Below, piece after piece: positions 45,328 to 54,789 of a DNA stretch of 64,000 bases. A program made the position numbers and the translations under genes. Position 1 is the first letter of the stretch; each line of letters starts with the position of its first letter. The notes under the pieces were generated by a model that was given only the letters and a program-made list of their open reading frames with translations, was not told the origin of the DNA and ran no database searches. The stretch covers positions 1-64,000 of the forward strand of contig JBGSZS010000009.1 in NCBI GenBank assembly GCA_041750285.1, in the 5' to 3' direction. Origin of the DNA: Candidatus Fermentibacteraceae bacterium. GTDB taxonomy: Bacteria; Fermentibacterota; Fermentibacteria; Fermentibacterales; JCC-6.

Positions 45328-48300
45328 TCATACCCCGGGAAGAGCCGATGCCTCCGCGGCCCTCAACTCGGAAAGCCTGGCTTCGGTATCCCAGTGGGGA
45401 TGCTCCTTCTGAAGCAGGTCGCCCTCCCTCAGACATTCGTGAAGTACATCTCTGTCTCCTGTTGCGAAGAACAGCTGCCGGAGAAGGTCGAACCTCTCCA
45501 GCTGGTCGCAGGGACCAGACAAGGCTTCCTTCAGTATCTCCGCGGCCTCTTCGTTCCTTCCCCGGGCAATCAGGAGCTTGCCGGCCGAGCACGCATAGTA
45601 GCTCCGGTAGTCTTCGGGAAATCCCCACTCCCGCACCTGGTCGATCAGGGCCCCGGCCTCCTCGATTCTGCCCATGTCAACCAGCACGTTGCTCATCTCA
45701 AGGGCATAGTCCACCCTGTGGAGACCAAGACCGTGCTCCCTGCATACGTCCAGGACCTCCGAAAAGAGCCGGCACGCCTCTTCGCGCCTTCCAACCCTTC
45801 CGAGCGCGCTGGCAAGATTGGCAAGGGCAATCGAGAGCGTATCCCCCCCGCCGTACCTCCTCGCCAGCTCCACCGATCTTTCGAGATGCCGGAAAGCTTC
45901 CGGTGAAGGATCGATCTTTTCCATGAGCGAGCCCAGATTGCCCGTTGCCTGAAGCTCCACGAGCCTGCTTCCGGTGCGCCGGGCAAGTTCCATGTGTTCC
46001 CTTGTGGTCTGCATGGCGTCCATCATCCTGTTCGGAAGGTACTTGTACACCAGTGCGAGGTTGCCAACGCTCAGTGTCTCCATCATCAGATTGCCGACAT
46101 CCCTGGCGTAGTCGCGAACCATTTTGAGGTTTTCCTCGGCCTGTTCAAGCCTCTCCCTGAGCCTGAGCATGCAGCCGCAGGCGTTGCCCAGAGCCTTGAA
46201 AGCCAGCAGCCTTTCTTCCGGTGAGCCCGAACGGAACTCACGGTAGACGTCGAGCAGCAGCTCAAGGGCAATGTCGTTCCTGCCTTCGAGCACTGCGACC
46301 CGCCCCCTAAGATGCATCACTTCAGGCCTGAGGGACGGGTTCATCCGCTCAAGGTCACGAAGATGCTCCATCGCCTCCCGGGGGCGTCCCCCGTTCACCG
46401 CCAGGTTTGCCCGCATCAGCCTTATCCCGGCCTGCACCGATGGGTCGTCACGGGCTTCGAGGGCTGCCCGTTCGATGAGGTCGTGAGCCCGTTCGATGTC
46501 ACCCGACGACACTACCAGGTCAAAAAGCATCCGGTGGGCGGTCATCCTCTGGGCGGGGTCGGTCGAATACTCCAGAACCTTCCCGAGCTGGAAATGGCAC
46601 GACGTGGTCATCCTCCTCGAAAGCGAGTGCTCCCCGGCCTTCATGTACCAGTCAGCCGCATCACCGCCCCTTCCGGCCATCTCCATGTGGTGGGCGATGA
46701 TCGCCGCTCTCTCAGGTTTTTCACCCCACAGCCGGGCCATGCCCTCGGCTGCCTTTTCGTGGAGCGGAAGCCGTTCACCCTGAAGCTGCAGCCTGTACGC
46801 AGCCTCGCGCAGAAGGATGTGAACGAAGCTGCAGCTCCCGTCCTGCTCGACCCTCCAGACCCTTTCCCTCACGCCCCTCTCGACGAGATCAAAGGTAAGA
46901 CCGCCGGGGCAGAGGATGTCGAGGACCTCACGATCGAACTCCCTTCCAAGAACGCTTGCACAGAGAACGGCCCTGCGGAGTTCCTTGCCAAGCCTGTCCA
47001 GACGGGCGACCAGAAGTGCATGAAGGCTTCCCGGGAAGCTGTCGTCACACGGCGGTGAATCTGCGGATTCAAGCATGCCTGCGTAGTGCTCCATGAAGAA
47101 GGGGATCCCCTCGGTGCGCTCGTGAAACCACTCCAGCAGGTCGTCGGATGGAGACCGCCCCAGGCTCCACCGCAGGAAGGACCTGCTGCCCTCGCGGGAG
47201 AGGGGTGTGAGTTCGAGTGCACGGGGCGAAAGACCGAGTTCCGGGATCGTGCTTCCGCAATCGGGTCTGGAAAGAAGCAGGACAGGGGGTCTGAATTCAC
47301 CGAGTTCAGCCAGGACAGCGGAGAGAAGGCCCAGGGAGTCGGGAGAGATCCACTGCAGGTCATCGACCGTCAACACCATCGGGCCCAGGAGGGAATTGCC
47401 CCGGATGAAAGCGGCAAGGGCCGCGACTGTGTTCGCAAACCTCCCCTGGGGATCCAACCCGCGGTAAAGCGATCTCTCCCATCCAAGCCCCACCAGGGCC
47501 GCCAGAAAAGATTCGGCGCGAAGAAGCTCATCCGCGGCATGGAGGGCGGCCGTGTCGCCAAGGTCCTCGAGGCGTCCGATGAAACCGTAGAGTTTCTCCT
47601 TGAAAGCCGGCAGCCCTTCCTGCCGGTCCCTTCCGCCAAGCCACTCGCCGAACCAGGAACCGAAGATGTCCGACCCCGAAGCGGGCAGGGAACGGCACCT
47701 CAGGTTCATGAACAGGGCTTCCCCCCTTCTCCTTTCGAGTTCCTCCACAAGCCGGGTCTTGCCCATGCCCGTGTCTCCCTGGATCAGCACGGACGAACCC
47801 GGAAGCGCAAGTTCGCCCTCGATCAGCTCGAGAAACCCTTCACGCTCTATCAGCGGAGGGGTGGAGCCGCGTGTCTCCCTCCTCTGTTTCCACGGCGAAA
47901 GAGCCAGAGCGTTCACCACGCCGGAAAAACCCTTCAGGGAAAGGCCCAGTTCACTTCTCATACCGAGCCGTGACGAGCCGTTGAAAACCGGGTCTCCGTA
48001 CACGCTGTTCCAGACGGCAGCATCGTGAAGCCTCGCGGCCAGGTTTACCGAGGGGCCCAGAACCGTGTACGACTCGAGCATCGGTGTGCGTATCGCGCCG
48101 CTGAACACAAGCCCGGTCGCGGCTCCGGCGCGAACCCTTCCCGACGCGGATGAGAAAACGCCGCGCAGGAAGTTGTCGGCCCTTTCGGGATCGTCCTCGC
48201 GGGTCACGGGAGCACCGAACACCACGAGCATCCGCTGTCCGGCCCCCCCCGCGTGAAGGCCCGACACGAAGCCCCCGGTCTCGTCGGCGATCTCCAGGAC

Positions 48301-48924
48301 CTTCGCCTGGAACTCCCTGGGGCAAAGGCACGCAGCCCTGTTCTCGATGGAGAGGAAGATGCTGATGACCTGCCTGAACTGGTTGACAACCCCCTCGGGA
48401 AAAAGGTCGGGAGGCAGGAAGAGGGCGCCGGGAACGGGAGCACGGGATACCGGCGCCGGAAAGGACCCGCCCGAGGGAGGGCATGTAGATTCATCGTCCG
48501 CGGCAAGGCTCAGGGCCGAACCCTGAAAGCTGAAGAATGTCCATGAATCGCGGGGGATGGCGTCCCATACCACCTCGCCGCTTCCGACTGTTGTCTTCAG
48601 TGGAAGTGATGTTCCGGCAGGTCTTGAGTGAACCACTCCGCAGGCTCTGCCCGCGGTTTCGATGCCGTCGGGGAAAACCACGGTAACTGCATCACCGGCG
48701 AAGGATACCGGGAAACCGCCGTGGAGCGAGCAAATGTCAACAACGTCGGAAAGGGTGTCGCTGACCTCCCGGGATATCTGCTCGGCGCCTTCGGCGCCCA
48801 TGCCGGCCATCCCCTGGAACCTGCTTGTAAAACCGCGAATGTCTGCGGTTACCGCCGCGCCGGGAAAGATGCCGGCGAGTTCGCCCCGTGAGATGGACCT
48901 GAGGATCAGTTCGGGGGCGTGCAT
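45328..48924 (-). CDS. Class III nucleotide cyclase (two domains) - STAND/AAA ATPase - TPR protein (soluble-AC-like architecture)
   Basis: ADIRGFT, FAGDAV, VFGAP, YTVLGPSVNLAARL; P-loop GDTGMGKT; Walker B VDDLQW; GIPFF; ASVLGREF; C-terminal TPRs. Start taken at ATG 48924. Confidence 0.85.
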   Translation of the reverse strand: MHAPELILRSISRGELAGIFPGAAVTADIRGFTSRFQGMAGMGAEGAEQISREVSDTLSDVVDICSLHGGFPVSFAGDAVTVVFPDGIETAGRACGVVHSRPAGTSLPLKTTVGSGEVVWDAIPRDSWTFFSFQGSALSLAADDESTCPPSGGSFPAPVSRAPVPGALFLPPDLFPEGVVNQFRQVISIFLSIENRAACLCPREFQAKVLEIADETGGFVSGLHAGGAGQRMLVVFGAPVTREDDPERADNFLRGVFSSASGRVRAGAATGLVFSGAIRTPMLESYTVLGPSVNLAARLHDAAVWNSVYGDPVFNGSSRLGMRSELGLSLKGFSGVVNALALSPWKQRRETRGSTPPLIEREGFLELIEGELALPGSSVLIQGDTGMGKTRLVEELERRRGEALFMNLRCRSLPASGSDIFGSWFGEWLGGRDRQEGLPAFKEKLYGFIGRLEDLGDTAALHAADELLRAESFLAALVGLGWERSLYRGLDPQGRFANTVAALAAFIRGNSLLGPMVLTVDDLQWISPDSLGLLSAVLAELGEFRPPVLLLSRPDCGSTIPELGLSPRALELTPLSREGSRSFLRWSLGRSPSDDLLEWFHERTEGIPFFMEHYAGMLESADSPPCDDSFPGSLHALLVARLDRLGKELRRAVLCASVLGREFDREVLDILCPGGLTFDLVERGVRERVWRVEQDGSCSFVHILLREAAYRLQLQGERLPLHEKAAEGMARLWGEKPERAAIIAHHMEMAGRGGDAADWYMKAGEHSLSRRMTTSCHFQLGKVLEYSTDPAQRMTAHRMLFDLVVSSGDIERAHDLIERAALEARDDPSVQAGIRLMRANLAVNGGRPREAMEHLRDLERMNPSLRPEVMHLRGRVAVLEGRNDIALELLLDVYREFRSGSPEERLLAFKALGNACGCMLRLRERLEQAEENLKMVRDYARDVGNLMMETLSVGNLALVYKYLPNRMMDAMQTTREHMELARRTGSRLVELQATGNLGSLMEKIDPSPEAFRHLERSVELARRYGGGDTLSIALANLASALGRVGRREEACRLFSEVLDVCREHGLGLHRVDYALEMSNVLVDMGRIEEAGALIDQVREWGFPEDYRSYYACSAGKLLIARGRNEEAAEILKEALSGPCDQLERFDLLRQLFFATGDRDVLHECLREGDLLQKEHPHWDTEARLSELRAAEASALPGV

Positions 48925-49054
48925 CACAAGTATCCCTTTCCGGTTCGACGGCCGTCCATAACGAATGCCAGCCCGGAAAGTACCAAAGACGGGGTTGAAA
49001 AGCAATCTGGGGAGGGAGGGGCGGGCCGGAAACACCCCGGCCCGCGGAAGTAGA

Positions 49055-51247
49055 CTACCTTGTCACGACCATCCGGGCGGTCGCTGAAGCGCCCTGGTGG
49101 GACAGACGGGCGAAGTAGACACCCGGAGTGAGGTTCGCGGTGGAGAGGGAAACAGTGTGCACCCCCTCGGAAAGGTCTGCAGCAGGCATCGAAAGGACCT
49201 GCCTTCCCGTGATGTCGAACACGGATATCCCTGCCGTACCCGATGAGGGAAGGTCGAAGCTGACGGAAGCCATCCCCCCCGACACCGGGTTCGGGTGAAC
49301 CGTGAGGGAAAATCCCGGCAGCGAAGCCGATGAAGGACCCTCGGTGCCGGTGCCGTAATAGCTTCTCCATACTGAGCTTGCAGGAGTGCCTGCGTAGAGG
49401 TAGAAGTTCGGCGAATCGTAAAGCGCCGTTATGGCTGCGGGTGTGGAACAGACCTGCACCGGCGTTCCGGTCCAGTTCTCCCACTTCCATATCCCCTGCG
49501 ACGAGGTGCCTACTATGACGCTCATTCCGTCGCTTGAGGGAACCGCGGCCACTGACGACCCGAAGGCGGTGGTGACCCTGGTCCAGGTTGCGCCGCCGTT
49601 CACGGATGTGTAGAGACCCGAGGAGGATGCCGCGGCCAGACGGGAGCCGTCAGCGGGGTTCACCAGGACCTGGTAGGGCGTGCCCGACCATCCCGCAGCC
49701 GCAACGTTCTGCCACGAAGCGCCTCCGTCCTCGGTGAAGTAAACCTTCCAGGCGCTGCTTTCGTAGGCGAGAACGAATACCCTGTCGGTGTCCGAAGGGT
49801 CCACCCCTATCGCTCTGGCGTACCTGTAGTCGGTGCCGGATGAGAAGATGTGCCGCGTCCAGCTCGTGCCGTTGTTCTCGGTCTTGGAGACCACGAGAAG
49901 GTAATCAGGCGAGATGTACTTGTAACCCGTGTACCAGTAGGTGCTGCCGCCGCCGAAGACGAGGTCGTAGCCACTGCCGTAGTAATTGTCGCTTGTCGAC
50001 CAGACGGAACCTCCGTCTGTGCTCTTGTAGAGCTCGACGCCCCCTCAACCACTCCCTTCGAGGCCCAGTATCACGTTTGAGCCGTTGGTGGCAAGACGCA
50101 CGAAATCACCGCAGGTAGAAGGCCTGCTTACGAACTGCCAGGTGCCCGAGGGGCTGTCCTGCATCTTGTACAGTCCCTGAGTTGCCATGTTGACCCATAT
50201 GTAATCGTTGGACTGGGTCATGGAAACCACGTTCCCGATCACCAGACCCGAGTTGCTGGCAGTCCAGGAAGTGCCTCCGGTGGTGCTCCGGAAAAAGCCC
50301 GCGGTGGTTCCGGTGTAGGCCAGTGACGCATTCTCGCTGTCGGGAATGATCCACTTGCAGTTGGTGCCGGACAGGCCGCTTGTAATTGTGCTCCAGCTGG
50401 CCCCGGCGTTTGCGCTGCGGTAGGTGTAGCTCATTCCGGCGCCCATTGCGAGGTTGTTGTCGACCGGGCTGAACCCGAGGGAGTAGTTGTAGTACTGTGT
50501 CAGGCGGGTCCAGGTCGAGCCGCCGTCGGTGCTGCGATGCAGGCCGAGGTAGGCTCCGGCCAGGATGATGCCGGGGTTCGTGGGGTGAAAGGCCAGCCCC
50601 TCGAAGTAGTAGTCGGATGACGCACCTGAGGGTGTGATGTCGGCAAATGTGACCCCTCCATCGGTGGACCTGAAAAGCTGGGCCTCGGTGCTGCCCGAGG
50701 ACTTGTACCCCCCCACGAGAATGAGGTCGGGATTCGAGGGCGCGACGGCGATGCTTCTGCCGTAGGAGTGAAGCCCGGCCTCGCCGATGTAGGTGCTGGT
50801 CCAGGTCGCCCCGTTGTCGGTGCTCTTGAAGAAAGACATGCGCCAGAAGCTGCCGTCGTATTTGTAGCCCGTGGCGAAAACGGTTGAACCGTTGGTCGGG
50901 TGCGCCTTGGCGAGCCAGAATACCGTATTGGAGAATGATGCCGAGGCCCAGGTAAGCCCCCCGTCGGTGGAGCGCCAGACTCGGCTGCTTCCCACCGCAA
51001 CGAGGTTGCCGGTCGAGGTTATCACCATGTCGTAGGCGGTGGAGCCGGTGAACGTCGACAGGGCCTCCCATGAGAGCCCGCGGTCGAGGGAACGGACAAC
51101 CACGGTGGGATTGTATCCGCTCATGCCGTAGAGGATGTCAGCATCCAGGGGCGACTGGATAATGGCCTTGATCTCACCGCCCTCGGGTCCGAGGCTCTCG
51201 AAGGGGCCGTAGCCTGCAAGCATCAGCAGCAGAAGCGTCAGCGCCAT
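49055..51247 (-). CDS. BNR/Asp-box (Vps10-like) beta-propeller T9SS cargo protein, 730 aa, with in-frame TGA at codon 401 (candidate selenocysteine)
   Basis: ATG 51247 with AAAGGAG upstream and a hydrophobic signal. ORFs 50045-51472 and 49055-49894 are in the same frame, separated only by TGA 50045-50047. S/TxDGGxxW repeats occur on both sides. C-terminal HPNPV...VFDITGRQV...PGVYFARL CTD. Confidence 0.8.
49995..50044 (-). promoter_or_regulatory. Candidate bacterial SECIS / readthrough RNA structure directly 3' of the in-frame UGA
   Basis: mRNA UGA-GGGGGC-GUCGA-[GCUCU ACA AGAGC]-A-[CAGACGGA GGU UCCGUCUG]-G-UCGAC. The GGU apical loop follows a 33-nt spacer after the UGA. Confidence 0.6.
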
Positions 51248-51357
51248 CTTCTCTCCTTTCCGGAAACATTTCTGTAGTACCCTGAATACAATCACATGAG
51301 TCCGGTGCAAAAACAAGCCCCGCATGTAACTGGGGCAGAGCTGCGGAAGGATGGCAC

Positions 51358-51385
51358 TTGACTTTTCATGAAACATTGCTATTCT
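51358..51385 (+). promoter_or_regulatory. Candidate sigma70-type promoter
   Basis: TTGACT-16 nt-TATTCT with TG extended -10, upstream of GGAGG and ATG 51405. Confidence 0.4.
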
Positions 51386-51404
51386 TCCGCGCCCGGAGGA
51401 AACG

Positions 51405-51539
51405 ATGAACAGAATCAACCTGAAACACACTATCATTGGGCTTGTTCTTGGAGTACTGATTGCCCTCTTCATCGCCGGGGAAGTCAGGGAAAGGCATCTG
51501 GGAAGTGATCAGGATACGCAGGCAGGGGTTGAGCTCTAA
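51405..51539 (+). CDS. Small single-TM protein (44 aa), not in ORF track
   Basis: MNRINLKHTIIGLVLGVLIALFIAGEVRERHLGSDQDTQAGVEL; GGAGG SD; stop overlaps the TTG of the next ORF. Confidence 0.6.
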   Translation: MNRINLKHTIIGLVLGVLIALFIAGEVRERHLGSDQDTQAGVEL

Positions 51540-52050
51540 ACTCTTCTCCCTCATCGGTGGTGTGGCAACGGGTCTCGTGATAACGATGGCCGTGGTCATT
51601 CCCATGCCGCGAACGCAGATCCCCGTCCTCGCAGCCAGCACCGAAACGCCCGTCTCCCAAAAGGTTATCCCGGTCAAGGAACAGTCGGACCCTGCCCCGA
51701 CAGCGGAGCGCGAAAACACCCCGCCTGCATCTGTTCCCCGGCTTGAACAGACAGCCCAGATAACTCCATCCCCTGTGTTCACGCTTCAGCCGGAAACTTC
51801 CCTTCCCGATCAGACCGGAAGGAACCTCGCCCTGCAGCAGGAGACAAGGTCCGTTGAACCCAGCAGGGTAACGCACCAGCTCTCCCAGGCCTGGGAACCC
51901 GGCATTGCCTACTCGCCCAGGTACCTCCCCCACACAGCCTCGGGCAACCCCCCGCGCAGACCCGACCCCGGACAGCCCGCCATCTCGGGCAGGGACGGCA
52001 GGAATCCCAAACCCCCTGAAGGTCCCGAACCCGCTTCTTTCGGAAACTAG
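51529..52050 (+). CDS. Hypothetical membrane-anchored Pro-rich protein
   Basis: TTG start LSSKLFSLIGGVATGLVITMAVVIP (TM), then low-complexity P/T/E/Q-rich sequence. Confidence 0.5.
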   Translation: MSSKLFSLIGGVATGLVITMAVVIPMPRTQIPVLAASTETPVSQKVIPVKEQSDPAPTAERENTPPASVPRLEQTAQITPSPVFTLQPETSLPDQTGRNLALQQETRSVEPSRVTHQLSQAWEPGIAYSPRYLPHTASGNPPRRPDPGQPAISGRDGRNPKPPEGPEPASFGN

Positions 52051-52173
52051 CCCCAAAAACCTGACCATTCGCAGTTGCAGTCCCTGTTCCCCGAACACCC
52101 TTGCGCGAAGGGGAATCAGCTTTACCGCAAAACATCCCTGATGTATCATCCGTCAACCTGAAACGGAGGCCCC

Positions 52174-52596
52174 ATGAAAACCCCTGTCTTCGTCACACTG
52201 ATCGCAGCCTTGTCCGCTGCCGCCCCCGGCACCGGCCCGGCCGGGGAAGTCACCCTGAGCAGCATGATCCACGGCCTCGAACTGGGGATGAACCCCGGGG
52301 ACGTCATTGCAGTTCTTGGCGATGATTTCACAAGGGTGGTCTCGATGATGGTGGAAGCCGAGGTCTGGCGTTACGACTTCCCGAACGAACCTGGTTACAC
52401 GTTCATGGTTCCCTCCGGCGAGGACGAGGTGGACACCGAAGGGCTCGGAAACGGAAGCATGCGAATGCAGGTCTTCGTGGTGTGGAACGAGTCGGGACTT
52501 CTCGGCGACTACACTGTTTTCACGGGCAGCGAAAACGGGATCATCAGTGAGTTCCGGGTCTTCCCCGACGGCTCCGTACGGAAGTCCCGGTTGTAG
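52174..52596 (+). CDS. Hypothetical secreted protein
   Basis: GGAGG SD; signal peptide [20 protein letters not shown]...DV..VLG pattern. Confidence 0.65.
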   Translation: MKTPVFVTLIAALSAAAPGTGPAGEVTLSSMIHGLELGMNPGDVIAVLGDDFTRVVSMMVEAEVWRYDFPNEPGYTFMVPSGEDEVDTEGLGNGSMRMQVFVVWNESGLLGDYTVFTGSENGIISEFRVFPDGSVRKSRL

Positions 52597-52724
52597 CAAC
52601 ACCCGTGGCACCACCGCAAGGTCTTTCCCTTCACGGCAGGACCTGCCCCGAAAACAAAAAACGTCCATGGGACAACAGTGGCCTTGTTCCCAAAGCATCT
52701 GCATATTCAAAGACTGGAGGTCGA

Positions 52725-53603
52725 ATGAAGGGGATCATCCTTGCAGGCGGAAGCGGCACACGACTTCATCCGATGACGCTGGCCATAAGCAAGCAGCTGC
52801 TTCCGGTGTATGACAAACCCATGATCTACTACCCTCTCAGCATCCTGATGCTGGCCGGAATACGCGAGATACTCGTCATCTCGACACCGCAGGACCTCCC
52901 CCTTTTCAAGACGCTCCTCGGTTCAGGCAGCTGTTTCGGGATAGAGATCGAGTATGCCGAGCAGCCACGACCCGAGGGACTTGCCCAGGCTTTCCACATA
53001 GGCGAAGGTTTCCTTGAAGGCGGCCCTGCCTGTCTCATACTCGGAGACAACATCTTCTATGGCCAGGGCCTTTCATCCGTCCTGCAGGACGCAAGGAAGC
53101 AGGCGGAGAAACAGGGCGCCGTCATTTTCGGATACCGGGTCGCCGACCCTGAAAGATACGGAGTCGTCGAGTTCGACAAAGACCTGACGGTGCGGACGAT
53201 CGAGGAGAAACCGGCCAGACCGAAGAGCAACTATGCCATCACCGGGCTTTACTTCTACGATTCGGACGTCTGCAGGCTTGCCCGTCTGGTGACACCCTCC
53301 GGAAGAGGCGAACTGGAGATAACCTCCCTGAACAAAATGTACCTTGAGAAGGGCCTGCTCTCATGCAGGCTGCTCGGACGGGGAGTGGCATGGCTGGACA
53401 CCGGAACCCCGGACAGCCTCACAGAGGCCAGCAACTACTTCATGACCGTGGAGAAGAGACAGGGCCTGAAAGTGTCATGCCTTGAGGAAATTGCCGTTCA
53501 CATGGGATATCTTGACAGGGAGACGGCCCTTGAGCGTGTCGAGAAGCTCGGCGGAAGCTACTACAGTTATGTCGGATCACGACTCAGGGAAATGCATGGA
53601 TAG
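52725..53603 (+). CDS. rfbA: Glucose-1-phosphate thymidylyltransferase
   Basis: [64 protein letters not shown]. Confidence 0.96.
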   Translation: MKGIILAGGSGTRLHPMTLAISKQLLPVYDKPMIYYPLSILMLAGIREILVISTPQDLPLFKTLLGSGSCFGIEIEYAEQPRPEGLAQAFHIGEGFLEGGPACLILGDNIFYGQGLSSVLQDARKQAEKQGAVIFGYRVADPERYGVVEFDKDLTVRTIEEKPARPKSNYAITGLYFYDSDVCRLARLVTPSGRGELEITSLNKMYLEKGLLSCRLLGRGVAWLDTGTPDSLTEASNYFMTVEKRQGLKVSCLEEIAVHMGYLDRETALERVEKLGGSYYSYVGSRLREMHG

Positions 53604-54789
53604 ACTCGCCATTCTCGGAGGCTCCCCCGCCTTCAGTGAACCGCTTCATGTCGGCAGGCCGAACCTTCCCGATCGGGAGACCTTCAATGAGCTGTTGGAC
53701 GGAATGTTCGAAAGAAGATGGTTCACCAACTCCGGCCCCCTGGCAAAACGATTCCAGAAAGAACTCGAGAGCCTGCTCAAGGTCAAACACTGCATTCCGC
53801 TCTGCAACGGAACGATCGCCCTTGAACTTGCCTGCAGGGCCATCGGGCTGAAGGGGGAAGTGATAGTACCATCATTCACCTTCATCGCCACGGCCCACGC
53901 ACTGAAGTGGCAGGAGATCACTCCGGTCTTCTGTGACATGCGGGAAAGCGATTTCACGATTGATCCCGACAGGATAGAGGAACTCATCACCAACAGGACT
54001 ACGGGGATCATCGGCGTGCATGTCTACGGCAACCCCTGCGATGACGGGGCCATTCAAGGAATCGCCGGCAGGCACGGCCTGAAAACCGTCTACGATGCCG
54101 CCCATGCATTCACCAATGAAGTCAACGGAATACCGGTCTGTCAGTTGGGTGACATCTCCGTACTGAGTTTTCACGCCACAAAGTTCTTCAGCACCTTCGA
54201 GGGTGGTGCAGTGGCGACAGACAACGATGAGCTCGCGGAAAAGATTCAGCTCATGATGAACTTCGGTTTTGCCGGCCGCGAGAAGGACAGGGTCGATTAC
54301 ATAGGCACCAACGGCAAGATGACGGAGATATGTTCCGCCATGGGCATCGCCATGCTCGATCGCGTGGAGACGATCCGGGAGACGAACAGGCGCAACTACG
54401 GCTTCTACGATCGGCACATCTCCGGGATAAGGGGAATCACGCTCAGAAAACCCTCTTCCGCCCTGTCCGAACAGAACTGGCAGTACGTCATCATCACGGT
54501 CGACCAGGACGAATTCGGCCTGTCGAGGGATGAACTGATAAAGGTTCTCGATGCCGAGAACGTTCTGGCCCGGCGATACTTCTATCCGGGATGCCACAGA
54601 ATGATGCCCTACACGAACGAGTTCCCCAACAAGGGCAGGCTTCTCCCAGTCACCGACCGCGTCTCGGAAACGGTCATCTCCCTTCCAACGGGTGAGCCTG
54701 TGGACGAATCGGGCATCATCAGGATTTCCGGGGTGATCCGCAAAGCTTGTGAACAGGCTTCGGCCATAAGGAAAGCAATCCATGGCTGA
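53596..54789 (+). CDS. DegT/DnrJ/EryC1/StrS aminotransferase, VioA-like (dTDP-4-amino-4,6-dideoxyglucose transaminase)
   Basis: [54 protein letters not shown]. Confidence 0.88.
   Translation: MDRLAILGGSPAFSEPLHVGRPNLPDRETFNELLDGMFERRWFTNSGPLAKRFQKELESLLKVKHCIPLCNGTIALELACRAIGLKGEVIVPSFTFIATAHALKWQEITPVFCDMRESDFTIDPDRIEELITNRTTGIIGVHVYGNPCDDGAIQGIAGRHGLKTVYDAAHAFTNEVNGIPVCQLGDISVLSFHATKFFSTFEGGAVATDNDELAEKIQLMMNFGFAGREKDRVDYIGTNGKMTEICSAMGIAMLDRVETIRETNRRNYGFYDRHISGIRGITLRKPSSALSEQNWQYVIITVDQDEFGLSRDELIKVLDAENVLARRYFYPGCHRMMPYTNEFPNKGRLLPVTDRVSETVISLPTGEPVDESGIIRISGVIRKACEQASAIRKAIHG

Noticed and set aside
6338..48028. Long antisense or alternate-frame ORFs (e.g. 6338-7405+, 7375-8559-, 10948-12015+, 25257-26234-, 28618-29634-, 37039-38190+, 42876-43802+, 47086-47973+)
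   Set aside because: They shadow well-supported genes, lack family motifs, and are expected in GC-rich DNA.
49021..49045. GCGGGCCGG/CCGGCCCGC hairpin after the BNR gene as an intrinsic terminator
   Set aside because: The 9-bp stem is real but has no U-tract on the minus strand, so it was not called. It may be a stabilising or pause hairpin.
51248..51472. N-terminal extensions given by the ORF track (here and at 1660, 8870, 10332, 14444, 15130, 32189, 34238, 49035, 52605, 53482, 56324)
   Set aside because: Downstream starts have SD sequences, stop/start overlaps or signal peptides and match family N-termini. Most extensions overlap neighbouring genes or promoter regions.
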